Shown here piece by piece: positions 22,139-35,100 of a stretch of 64,000 nucleotides of DNA (position 1 is its first letter; each line of letters begins with the position of its first letter). The notes beneath the pieces are model-generated. The model saw only the letters and a program-made list of their open reading frames with translations. It made no database searches and was not told the origin of the DNA. Origin of the DNA: Klebsormidium nitens (taxonomy: Eukaryota > Plantae > Klebsormidiophyceae); assembly GCA_000708835.1 (NCBI GenBank), contig DF237135.1:92400-156399 (forward strand). The letters run 5' to 3'. The translations under genes and the position numbers were made by a program.

Positions 22139-25100
22139 ATGGCGCAAGCCATGTCTGCAGCATTATTGAAGCACTCGTCGCAATGTGCGGTGGGGGCCTT
22201 CAGTGGACAGTCTTCTCCTCCATCCAGCAGGTATGGAGTGGCTGCGGACCTGAGCAGAACGTCTTGCTGTTGTTATTCCAAGCACGTGACGATTTTCTGC
22301 TGCTGCGGCAGAGCGCATTGCCTAAATGCACCAGATCAGTCCCTGTTTTCCGCAACTTTGCGCGTCTGAGACCAGGCATTGGACTAAACCTATAGCTCGT
22401 GGATCTAGGAGAGCGTATCCAGTGCATTGGTGGCAAAGTGGATGCATTTGAGCAATTAGTTTAATTTGGAGAATAACCTACCTGTTCTTGCTCTCTACGG
22501 CAATGTTAAACTTACCCAACTGTTTGACACCTGCATACTCTCCTCAAAAATTGGTCAGCAAAGCCACCGGCGCTTCAACTTTCGGAGTGTCTCCCAGGCA
22601 GAGACTTGAACACTACTTCAGATGATTTGTGCAGAAGCTTTCAAGCAAGAACTTAGTCGAGGAAAGTGCTCTTATGGGCCCTATGCTTAGTGGGCTGGTT
22701 TCGAGTACTTTGCTCCGGAACCACATTGCGTGGGTCTTCGAGGAGAATCTGACACTTTGTTAGTGATGGACGATTTTACCATCGGAAAAGTCGCATTCTT
22801 GGGTCACAACGAGCACAGAACGGGAATAACATCTCTCACGTCAATGCACCACCTCAATTCTTTTACATTTATGACTAGCAGACTGATGTTGGACATTGTC
22901 CTTTGGTACAGCGCTTCGTCGTCCTTTAATGGCACCCCGTGCCTCATCCGGAAAGCTGGATCTAGGACGAGCGCACCTGTTCATCAGGGGACAGGACGCA
23001 GGCGGCAAGTTGCAAGAGCAGGAGGGTTTGACCTTTGGCAAGTGCTGGGGGGCCGGGGCCTGCAGACAGGCGAGGTATGGAAACACGCCTCGGGAGCTCG
23101 TGATCATTGGATAAAAATGCAGACTTGGAGAAGATTATTATTTGATTTTAGTACAGTCACTGAATGGCACGCAGACAGGCCTCTGTCTCGGCTCTCCTGT
23201 TGCTGTTTTCTTTTTACCGGAGGACGCGTTGGTATGCTTGTGGTAGGGAGCCAAAAGGTCTGAACTCTCGCCCCTTGTTGATTACATTTTTATGGCCTGG
23301 CGGTACGTCCATCTTGTTTTCTTTGTAGAGATGCACATTTGCACTTATTTACCTGAACTCTGCTCTTGAATGCATCGATTGTCTGATTTGGATTTAGCTG
23401 AATTCTCCGCAAGCCTGAGTGCACTTAGGAAAACTTCCCCGCTTTGGATTATTTCCAGGTTGGCCTGAAAACAGAGAAGGGCCAGGCCCAGCTTTTCAAG
23501 GACGGAGTGAAAGAGAAGCCAAAGGCGGCTCCCAAGGTAGGCAGTCATCATATATGGCTAACAGCTCTCTGTCACTGACAGGTTTCCGAGGTGGCAATTG
23601 TGCTCCTTGCTGTTGAAGTCCCAGGCATCAGGCCACATATCAGTAGTAGGAACAGAAGTCAAATGATTGTGTGCTTGACATTTTCTCTATTAAAATCTTG
23701 TGCTGTGTCCGCTGAGTGCTATGTGCTACATTAAGTAACATTTCGGTGGGCCCTGACACACAAGTCCACCTTATCAACCTGCGGTAGTATGGTCGATTAT
23801 TCCACGCTGTACTCGAATCAAGTGTGGGTACTGCCGGCCATGCTTGCAGGAGAAAATGGACGATCTTGAAGACGAGGTCGATGGTTTCAACAAAGAGCTC
23901 GGTGGCTTGGTAGGAGGCTTCCCTGGCGGCGAGCAGGGATTGCGCACCTTCATTCAAAAATACCCCCCTCCGAAGAAAGTACGGGTGAGGAAGTTATGCT
24001 GGCAGGAAAAGCATTTGCGCCAAGCAGGGTGTTTGGCACCGACGGTTGATTAGCAGTTCGTTGCTTCCACTCTTGTTTCGGACACCTGGGTTTAAAATGA
24101 GTCTTGCCTGAATGCGCAGTAGCCTCTGGACAGTCGACCTCGTCAGCTCGTATGAGGTGGCACCACCTGACTTAGCTCCATCTGTCTTCGCTCAGGATTA
24201 TGGGGAGGCTTTCATTGGCAAGCCTGGCCTAGCAAAAGGTACGTTGCCTAACGCTCTGCTTGGTCATGCCGAGGTTAAGCATCGTCGCTCCTCCCGATTC
24301 AGACCCTTCATGCTGCTAACTGACGCTGCTCGACTGAAAGAAGCTCTGATGCACGGTTAAAGTTTTCTTGCACAAGGTTCTTGCATCCGCTATTGATGTA
24401 TGGACACGTCCCCCATGCAGCCCGGTCGTCACGACCACCACTTCTGATGCCAGGGATGACCGTCATCTGCAAGAACCCGGATAGCGTGTACCACATGGTC
24501 AGTCCTTTCTCTCAGCGACTTTTACGGAAAGGACAGCTGGTAGCCTTCAGACTTGATCGTTTCTGTCTCCATCGAAATCAATTCCTCATCGTGGCATCTT
24601 CAATTGTGTCTGAGCATCTTTAACCAGCGAAGCCGGTTGTCACGCCTGACGCTGCAGGCAGATGTGTGTTGATCTGTTGCGTTCGAAAGTGTGGCGTCGG
24701 AGCGTCCATGAAAGTGACCAAAAACGACCTTCTTGCAGTACTCCGGCATAGTGCAACGGGTTACGGATGGGCGTGTCGGGGTCATCTTTGAAGGGGGCAA
24801 CTGGGACAAGCTGGTGAGTCCTTACGTTTGCAAAGACCAGCGTGGAAACCTTGGGGTCCTTGAAAGACTGCTGCTGATCTTTTTCTCGTCAGATGCCTCA
24901 GTGGACAACCGCAGAGCTACCGATCGTCCTTGCTGTGGACATACGACGCTGCGTTGAAGATCTGGCAGCATAGACTGCCGGTGGTCTAAAGGTTCAGCCA
25001 CTCTAAACCCGAGTGGCGAAACTCGTTGAACGCAGTGTTGGCTGTACGACCATTCAGTGCAACTGTTGAACTCGTAGGGCCCCTCATGAGCAGCTTTGTA

Positions 25101-25356
25101 CGAGTTGCGTGTGCCATCGGTGCTCATCGTTTTCTCTTTTGACATCTCCGAACACTCCACCTTGCAGGTAACTTTTGAGTTGCGGGATTTGGAAAGGACA
25201 ACCAGTGGCCCTCCAGGAACGAATCCGAAGTCGAAGATTGTGGAAAAGAAAGAACCACCTGCACCAAAGGTGGCGGCTGTAAAGGAAGAGACACAAAAGG
25301 AGGCTACCACTTCTTCAGAGAAGGAGCCTGCGGCTGCTGCAGCTAGTAAGGAATGA
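22139..25356 (+). CDS. ndhS: Chloroplast NDH complex subunit S (NdhS/CRR31), nuclear-encoded, ~283 aa, 8 exons
   Basis: Exons 22139-22230, 22912-23074, 23459-23536, 23850-23984 (or 23978), 24196-24238, 24421-24497, 24739-24813, 25168-25356. Ser/Ala-rich transit peptide, then the NdhS motifs [67 protein letters not shown]. Confidence 0.93.
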
Positions 25357-26139
25357 CATCAGTACTTTGTTTGTGACTCGCGGGCATTCAGGTGACTCTG
25401 TATAAGGCAAACTGCTCACGCTTTCACTTGACAGGTTCATTCGTGACTGTCGTATGTCCTAGTCGTCACTCTTCATGTGTGTACACTTTATTCGTATCCT
25501 GAGGATAGGCCTTTTCAGGCAATCTAGATAGAGCGCCCCTGGTTCCTCTGCCTCCTTATGTGTGTGATTGAAGTTGAGAGGTCCATTGATAAGATCGCTT
25601 ATGGTTCATCACAACTGTTTCTTTTGAGCTATTCAACGCATCATAAGGTTCTACCATATGCAGATCGAGCCAATTGCCAAAAATATTATCGGCACATGTG
25701 ATCTTGGGACATCTAGGGGCGAACTATGACAAGAATAGGTACTCAGCTTTTGATCATGACTCATCATCAGGCTCAACCTTCACATTGGCGAATATATATG
25801 CATGTATGTTGCCTCCCACCCGAGGCCGTGAACCAACCAATGCACCTGGGGTTTGCAAGTTGCTGCCGAGTTCGCCAGGCTGCAATGGCAAGCAGATCCG
25901 ACATGATCGTTCGTAGGCAGGAGAATGGATGCATGCAAGCGTTATATAATATGATGAAACTCGGGTTACCTAAGTTAGCTAGTATGCCCTGAAAGGGCAT
26001 GCGCCAATAGCCCTGCTTTTTGGGTTACCTACATAACCGAGAAGCTTACCCATGTGAGGAAACCTAAAGTGTGAGGAGATCTGAGGAGGCGTCTCCATCT
26101 TTCTGTGGATTGGGCAATGTGCACGTACACTATTCAAAC

Positions 26140-29100
26140 ATGGGGCCCAAGAAGAAGAGCAACAAGCTGTCGACTTCGAGTGCGGGGAACAAAAGCCAGG
26201 TTGCAAAGAGCACAGGAAGTGCTGCAAAGGCTGCCACCAAAGTTGATATTAGCTCTGGCAATGAAGCAAGATTGCGACGGCTGCTCCTGAATGTCAGCAG
26301 CTCTGAAGGAGTCCTGAAAGATACAGACTCTGTTGAAGCATATGCCTCTGATAAGAAGGCTAGTAAGACCTTGAAAGATACTTACGATGCACTAACCCAG
26401 GAAGGTTTCACCAGAGAGCAAGTAGAGACCGTGCTGAGGTCCCTGCCACAGGTAGGAAGAGTTCAGCCCAAGTGATCAACGGATCTAATGCCGAGGTTTG
26501 GTGGTGGTGCGGCCAGCAAATGAGAGACTGGATGTGAACAAATAGAAGTGGGAATTGCATCGCGGCAGCATCTACTTCATGAGATTGCGCCAGCATTGTG
26601 CTGATGGAGGGTGGTGTAGCTGCATTCCTGCAGCAAGATGCTTGGACCGTCTTCTTGGCACATGTTCTACTTCAAATTCCACAAAAGGTGGATGTGTTTT
26701 GAAACCACTATTTTGTGCGATCTTTCTCCAATCTGATCTTCTGGTGGTAGACGGCGCATATGTTGCTGCTATGCAGGCTGCGGTGTCCTTAGAGTCCGCA
26801 CTGGACTGGCTATGTCTCAAGCTGCCAGCACACGAGCTGCCCCTAAAGTTCTCACGGGGCATACGAACAAGCGTTGAAGAAAGTGAGCTGACAAACTCTC
26901 TCCTGATCCTGTCCTCTGTGGATGAGAAGCACTGCGTTGTTGTGCTCTGAGGCACAATATGCACAGTATCAAGGAAGACCTTTTGGCTGTATGAGCTTCT
27001 CTGATTGTGCTGCCGCGTTCCCTCCAACTCTCAAAGGAACATAGGGGCCATCCACTGAAATACTCCAGTCTTTTATACCAGGTGGAGGCGTTCAGGTGCT
27101 TGCAACCGCTCGTCCTGGCGCTCCATCTCGCAAGGAGGTTGGAGCCTCGGCTCTCGAGGAAAAAGAGGCGCTTCAATCCCTCCAGAAGCCTCTGCTAGAT
27201 GCCATTCCTGCCAGGAAAATTGAGGAGGATGGGAGGAAGGAACAAGCAGCATGGATTCGACAGTACTTGGATAAACAGGAAGAGACGTCAGAGGAGGAGG
27301 AGTCAGCAGGGGGGGATGAAGATGACTGGGAGGTAAGGGCCAGAGGGGTGGCTGATTAGTGTCACTCATCCACCAATCAACTGGTCAGCTTCCTTGGTGA
27401 GTCGACCAGCTGAGAGCAAAGGCAAGGGCAGAAGCTCAGGAGAGCCTTGCTCCAGCGGCCCTGTATTTCTACTGGCTCTTCTGCGGATTCAGCTCGCAAG
27501 CACTAAAAGCTCCATCTGAGTATAAGGAAGCTTATGCACAGTTCACCTTGATGTGGATTTCTAGCTATCAATGAACGACGCTCAGTCTGATGTTGCTTGA
27601 ACAGGTCTGGGCCGACCCTCGAGAGCGAGAGCGGCGAAAAGCGAGCCGGGCAGCCGCCGCCCTTGATCCTGCGGTCAGAACGAGTCAGATCGCGGATGAG
27701 TATGCTGCGGCCAAAATGGAGGCTGGAAAGGCCAAGGCAGCAGGAGACAAGGCCAGACAACAAGCTGCAGGGAAGATCATACGGGAGCTCAAAGAGGAGA
27801 TGGCAAGGCTAGGCAAGTGTTCCCCTTATGAGCTTGTTGCTCAAAAGGAAACACCTTGGAACAGATTTCCTGACTTCACATACAAGGACACTGTTTTTGA
27901 AGCCGAAAGACCAAGGACGCCCGCAACTTGCTATGAGTGAATGATGTGCGGAGCGATGGGAAATCGACTGGGACTTCAAGCTCGATTAGATCGAGGATCA
28001 CATCTGCGTGCTTGATTTATTCTGAGAAGATTCGTTCTGACATTCTCAACAGCAGTTTCAGGTGCTGTACTGGCAGGCACGTCAGTGAATGACAAGGTCT
28101 GGTTCAGTATTTTTACAGGGGTGAAAGAAGATGATCTTCATTCGAAGCCGACAACGGGTTTCCAGGAGGAGGCAGGAGAGTCGATGCCAGGAGCGCCGGC
28201 CGGCGCAATTGCTGAAACAACCACAAGCGCTGAGGAAGGAGACTGGGAGTCGCTGGCTGTTTCGCCAGACACGGAACGTCCAGATGTTCCAGAAGCAGAT
28301 CATATCTCCAGGGTAGAGGAGATTGCGGGGCCAAGCGGAAGCAGCACTTCCGAAGTTCCAAAAATTGTCTCCACGACAAGTACGAGCACTGAGGCGACCA
28401 GGGCGGAGGAGGAAGAGGGTGGGATGTCGTCAATGTTCGACGAGGACACTTCGGACGTGGGGCTTCCGGACTCGGTCACTCTGATGCAGAAGCAGGCGCA
28501 GTTCGAGGAGCCGCTCGTGGCGTGGGGCACGGAGTCTGGGGGCAGCAAGGGTCGGCCTCCGGGGGGTAAGGGGAAGGGGCCTGCAAAGGGGGGCGGCGGG
28601 GGGGTGGACGTGCAACGGCTGCCGAAGGCGCTGTTGCAGCAGCACTGTCAGAAGGAGGGGTGGCCTGCCCCCCGTTTCGAGAAGCTGCCGGTTGGGGGCA
28701 CGAGAATCGAAGGAGGGGGGTATAGATACTCGGTGAGGGTCGAACGGCCGGGAAGGGGGAAGGGGAAGAGGGCGAATGCGGGCCCGCTCGACGTGCAACT
28801 CCCTGCAGACGAGGACGGGTACGATGCACGTTGACTTGTATCCTTTTTCTTGAGGTGTCGGTGCACGATCAAGCGCATCCTGGTGTTCTGCGCTTAGCGG
28901 GATCCGTTCTTCCTTCCAGAATGCACCTCTCCCAGCATTTAGCGGCGAAAGCTGCGGTAGCTCTTGTCTGCTGCGACACTTTCAGATCCCGCCGAGAAAA
29001 AGTCGCCGCCATCGAGGCAGGAAATTTGGAGTCAATAATCCACGCTGTCGTTGGAAATCTTCATTGGGGGTTGAGAATTATACTTGTCACATACTGTAAC

Positions 29101-32100
29101 GCGAAAAACCGTGGACATTGATCTTTCCGTCCTCCGCGCTTCTAGACCCGGTATCGGACCACGACAGTGCTATTTCCTTTGAGTACTCACGTTGCCTCTC
29201 CTTGTCTTTAAAAGGTGGCCGAGCATAGGCGACGCTCAAAATGCCGCTGCGACATTGGCCTTGTACGAATTGGTGCGAGATCAGCCGCTGTATCGGATAC
29301 TGCCGCCGCCATACAGCGATATGTGGAAAGGATGGCAGCTGCAAGGTGAACTCCTTCAGAAGATGAATGCTAGCTGTGGTTTTTCGCGTTTAGCAACATG
29401 AAGGCGTTTGGGATTACAGCAGTAGAGATGATCAGACGTTGGAAACAGTATTCCCCGGGCTAAATCGAACTTAATCGGTTGAAGGAATTGATCTCCCTAT
29501 CTCATGATCAAGAAGTCCGTAGTAACATACTGGCATCCAGAAAGATTTTGAAGTCGTTGCGGATATGTTTGACGATATGTGTCATCTCTTCTGCTGCACT
29601 TGTTTAGCAGAGTACATAGCGAAGCTTTCGAATCCAACCTGGCCGAAAAACTTCCGTTCAAAGAGCAATTCTGAGAGCTTTTTCTTTCTTGCGAAGTGCG
29701 TTCCCGTCAGCCTCCCCGTCCGCTCTTCCATCCAGGTTCTGAGGCCCGGACGGAAGCTACCCAAGCCGCGGAACAGCAGCGCGCCGACTTCATCAACGCG
29801 CTCGTCAGCGAGAAAGCGGCGACTGCCCCGACTCGAAGGGCAGAAAACGGTGGCCAAAGGCCCGAGGAAGAGAGCACCAGTGGCGACGAAGACATGGACT
29901 GGTCTCAGCTGGAGACTGGCGAGACGAGCGAGGTTCAGCAACGCAATGGGGATCGCTTGAAGAGGGAACTAGAGGCGAGGGGGAGAACGCCGGGGTATCA
30001 AAAGATGCTGAAAGGTCGGTTGGGCCTGCCGATCGCGAGGGTGCGGGACGAGATACTGGGCGCCTTGCGTCAGCATGACGTGGTCGTTGTGTCCGGAGAG
30101 ACGGGCTCGGGAAAGACTACACAGGTGGGATTTGCCAGCTTACGCGCCCCAGACTCCGTTACAATATTGTCGGTCGTCCCCGTTTGGACCTTTGGACCGC
30201 AAAAGGTTCTTCAAATTGCTACAGTAAGCCCTGCATTCCTGACTCCGATACTTAAATGGAAAGAGGACGCCGCGCTCTTCAGCGACTGCTCAACAGAAGC
30301 CCAGAGTGCGCAACAAAGAACGGGCAGAGTAGGCTCCCAGTCGTATTGAAAGCGCATTAACTCAACCGGCAAGACGAGCGTGTGGATCCCGGTCACAAAA
30401 GACTATCAGACTTTCAGTCACTGCCTGTCATTAAGGATTCCATCCTCATCCTTAGGAGGGACCTTTCCTCTTTCCACGTTGTCTTCGATCCTGCCAACTT
30501 CAACTTTTCCCGTTGTGCAGGTCCCTCAGTACATTTTGGACGCGGAGATTGAGGCGGGCCGGGGCGGCGCCTGCAGCATTGTGTGCACGCAGCCCCGGCG
30601 AATCGCCGCTGTGTCAGTGGCGGAGAGGGTCGCCAGCGAAAGGTGTGAAGCGGCTCCGGGGGAGAACGGCGCCCTGGTGGGCTACCACGTCCGACTTGAT
30701 GCAGCCAGGTGAGGACACGCGGCGTCTGCACAAGCTGTCATTAGACCAAAATGGGCGTTCTACAGTAGGGGGGGCCTGACCTCTATGTAGGAAATTTAGG
30801 ATAAGAACTTGTGCCCACTTGTTTTATGCACGTTGCCACCATCCTGCCTTGGTTCGCTTCTTGCCCTACAGGCTTCAAGTTGAACTTGCAAGCAGTTGAT
30901 TCTGCGATCCGTCACGACGTACCGAGTTGATTTGCATCCGGGCTCGGTTGTAACGTCCTCTTTCTAAGTTGCTGACACTGCAAAGCGCTTTTGCGCGACT
31001 ATTTGGTTCAAAGATTACAACTGGCAAGCTAACTCGATTGCTGTCGTTTTCGCGCAGGTCCTCCGAGACCCGGCTGCTCTTCTGCACGACGGGCATCCTG
31101 CTGCGGCGGCTGGCGGGCGACCGCGCTCTCGCTGACGTCAGCCACGTGGTGGTGGACGAGGTGCACGAGCGGACGCTGCAGGGCGACTTCCTGATGACCA
31201 TCCTGCGCGAGCTGCTCGCGCGCCGGAACGGGGGTCGCAGCAGGCTGCCCCCGCTCAAAGTCGTGCTCATGTCAGTCCCTTTCGCTACTGCGCTCCTTGC
31301 TTTATGGCTTTTTGATGACTTTGGACTTTCTCAGCTTCAGCAATCACGGTCTGACCAAGTTGCTTTGGAGAGTGCAAGGAGAAGGTGCGGAACGATCACC
31401 TGCGCTCTAGATTCAAAAAGCTGAACCAGTCGAAGTCTCTTCTTTTCACTCCGCTGACCGTCCCTGCTGCCCACTTCTGCCTCTTCGTCCTTCGCTTCAG
31501 GAATTTGTTCGATAATCCTTTGACTCGTTGCGAACTCGAAGTGGGCTCATAGGCTATGCCCCGGGTGCAGGTCCGCCACTTTGGACGCGGGCCTATTCTC
31601 CAGCTACTTCGGCGGCTGCCCGGTGGTCAGCGCCGAGGGGCGCACCTTCCCCGTGCAGATGCACTGCCTGGAGGACATCTACGAGCGGCTCGCCTACAAG
31701 CTGGCCGCCGACTCGCCCGCAGCACAGCGTGAGGGCGCGGGTATGAGATTTGCACATGTGAGCAGGGGACCCTTTGAGCCCATGTTTTTTGATCGCCTGC
31801 CTTGACAACCTTCCTTGATCCCCTCGGCGATCCGTCTGCCTTCCCGCAGATGCTCCTCAGATCCAACAACCAACAATCGAGGGTCGGCTTGGAACATACA
31901 TCAGCATATCGTTGTTCCGTCTTTTTGCTGTCCAAAGGACGCATTTCTACTACAGCTATCAGCGCGAGTTGGGCATCAATTTTCAACCAATCCATTGAGG
32001 CTGCCGCCGCTTCCCCTCTCGTTGAAACTCGTGAGCTGTGCCGATGAATCTTTCTGTAATCTTTGGAGCTGTGCCGATGTAATCATACCACGATATTTTG

Positions 32101-35100
32101 ATCCAGGCGTCTCGCAGCAAGATGGTGGGCGGGAACCAAGACAAGAACAAGCTGATCAAGGCCGGCTGGGGGGACGAGCTCAAGGCCGGGGGCGGGGACC
32201 AGGTTCTCAACCCGAACTACGACGAGGAATTGTACCAGGACTTCAGCAGCGCTACCAGGAAGAACCTGGTGAGGTCTCAGGGCCGGGAATCTTAGGGCTT
32301 TGTTTGCTAAAACGCTGCTTTTAGAAGAGAAATCGAAGCTATGAGCTGTAACTGATACAAGCCTGAGTAGCCTCCAAAGGATTTTTGACTTACCTGCGTA
32401 GCACATGCAAACTTAAGAAAAGAACTAATGAAAGCATGCGGGAAGTCTCTTGCTTTCACCGGGCAATACTTTTCGGACAGGACTGGATGCTTTCGCAACG
32501 AGTCTGTCTCGTCTTTAGTCTGCCCTTCTCTCTCAACACAGCTTGTCATCCCTGAGGAAGCGCTCCAAATCAACTCTTGGTCAGCGCGGACGTGGAGCAT
32601 TTGCCAACGCAAACATGGTCCAGGTTTTATGTTAGATGATCGAAAGCCTGTGGCTCGCACCCACCCAGCACTTTCTCTGCAGGCGAGGCTTGACGAGGAG
32701 CAGATTGACTATGATCTGCTGGAGGACCTCATTACGCACATCGACGAGTCGGGGGACGACTTTGGCGAGGGCGCCGTGCTGGTGTTCCTCCCGGGCATCG
32801 CGGAAATTCAGAGCCTGCTGGACCGCCTCTCCGCATCCCGCCGCTTTGGCACGCCGGAGAAGTCGCAGGTGGGCAATCCTCGCAGGCGAAACGAGCTTCG
32901 CGTGGTCGGGAACTGTACATTGCCTGCTGCTCCGTTTCGAAACCTTTTGATATCCAAAAGTCTGTCAAGAATGTACCGAAGTGATTGCAGAACGCGTACG
33001 TAGATCTGTTTTTCAGAATCGTCAAGTGTTACTTACAGCAAGTAACTGCCCGCTTTTCGTAGGAATTGTAGCTGTCGAGGCCTAACACCATGGAAAACTG
33101 GACTGAAATTTTTGGACCCTCGGAGCTTTGCTCTTTCTGCCAGGATGGCGATCAATTTTCGGACTTCATCCTTGGAAGTCAGGGTCAATCTGAAGAAGAG
33201 CCCAAAACAGTAAATGGAGATTCAAGTGCTAGTCTTGCGTTTGTGCTTGTTTCTTGCGTATACTGATTGGTTGGCCCTTCTTTTGCAGTGGCTCCTTCCC
33301 CTCCATTCATCCGTCTCGCCGAGCGAGCAGAGACGCGCGTTCCAAACACCTCCTCCAGGCATCCGAAAGGTGAGCTGCGCCGCGAGAGATGTGCTAAGAT
33401 TCGTTTTCTCTGCTGCTGTTCTTTCGCGTCCACATCCCTAGGGCATGCAGAATATTTGTTTGATGAAAAGCTTCTCAGAGAGAAACGGAGGTCACTTGAA
33501 AAGGGCTTCCAAAACGTAGTCCTTGAACCAGCCGCTGCTTATTGAGTCCGAGATAGTCAACGAGCCTCTTCGTGGACCTGAGCAACGAGTTTGAGCTGAG
33601 CGCAGACCTCCTTCCACCTAAGCGTGATCCTGAACAAGATTCAAGCTTCAGGGGGTCCTTTTTCACCAATTTTGCGGCATTGGCGGACTGCTTCTACGAT
33701 GATCTTCTCCCAATTCTGCTTACTAAAAAGGAATCTCACGTTGTGATGACTGACGTCACGATGACGCGCGTGGTGATGTCTACCAACATCGTGGAGACAA
33801 GGTCGACCCTCTGCCAAGCTTAGATGCCAAAGCATTCCGTCGACCATCACGCTTGTACATCTCACGGTCAGATCACGCAGCTGACGTCACGTTGACGCAG
33901 GTGGTGGTGGCGACCAACATCGCGGAGACGAGCATCACGATCCCGGACGTCGTCGTGGTGATTGACAGCGGCCGCCAGAAGGAGCAGCGCTACGACGCCA
34001 AGCGCGGCATGGCGTCCCTCGTCGAGGCCTGGGTCTCCAAGGTCCGGAAGTCCGTCCGACCGCATGTCTTTAAAGAACTGGAATTCCATGTACATGGCGA
34101 TCATGTGTGGCTTTTCCTTGAGATGAGTCTGCCAACAGGCTGGGTTGTAGAGCAGGATGAGCTGACACGGAACAACGTTTGAGTCAGCCACCCGATTCTC
34201 TTTGCGCGTGGTACGTGTATTATGTATCTGAAGCCCATTTAGCAGAGATCTCAGAGGAGGGGATGGAGAGAAAGACCCCTCTTGAAGTCAAGTTTCCTCC
34301 GCTCCGAATGTATTTTGTGCAGAAGCCACCGTAGTGGTCTTTTCAAACTTCTTTGAGGCCCTCAAGGATTCTATTAACGTTTAAATTATTACTGATAAAC
34401 TTCGAACTCTCTCCAATGCATCCAATTCAATGCCCAGTTATTTATTTCACGCTCACCCGCCGCTTCGCTGTCCTCAGGCGAACGCGCGACAGCGCGCCGG
34501 CCGGGCGGGCCGCGTCCGGCCCGGGACGTGCTTCACGCTGTACACGCGGCGACGGCTGGAGTCGCAGATGCGGCCCTTCCAGGCACCCGAAATGGCGCGC
34601 GTGCCGCTCGCGGAGCTGTGCCTGCAGGTCAAGCTGCTCAAGCTGGGGACCGCGGGCGAAGTGCTGGCCAAGGTGAAGTCGGTTCTGCAATGGCCTTTTT
34701 CTATCATTCAGACTGAGAAAGTTTGTCAATAAACATTCTGGGGTGCTTCTTTGAGTGCGTGAAGTCGGACAAGCCAGCGGGTTCTCCAAGAGAAAACAGC
34801 AAAAGCCGTGCCGACGTGGGGTTTTGCAGCTCTTGGAGCTTCGGGTCAGCCTGACAAGAGGTCTTGCGATGCACAAAAGTCGCCGGCCATTAGCGCATGC
34901 CCTTAAAGTTGCAGATTCGTTGGAAGAATGACGACGTCAAGAAAGCTTCGTTCAAGAGCGGGTTTTCCCAGTGCAGGCCATAGAGCCGCCGAAGGCAGAG
35001 TCGGTCGAGGCGGCGGTGGGGTCCCTGCGGGAGGTGGGCGCTCTGGACGAGAAGGAAGAGCTGACGCCGCTGGGGCACCACCTGGCAGCACTCCCAGTCG

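Noticed and set aside
27939-28025. Possible intronic C/D snoRNAs (ATGATGT...CTGA here; ATGATGA...CTGA at ~44495-44556)
   Set aside because: Boxes are imperfect or lack terminal stems, and I could not identify an rRNA-complementary guide without a search.
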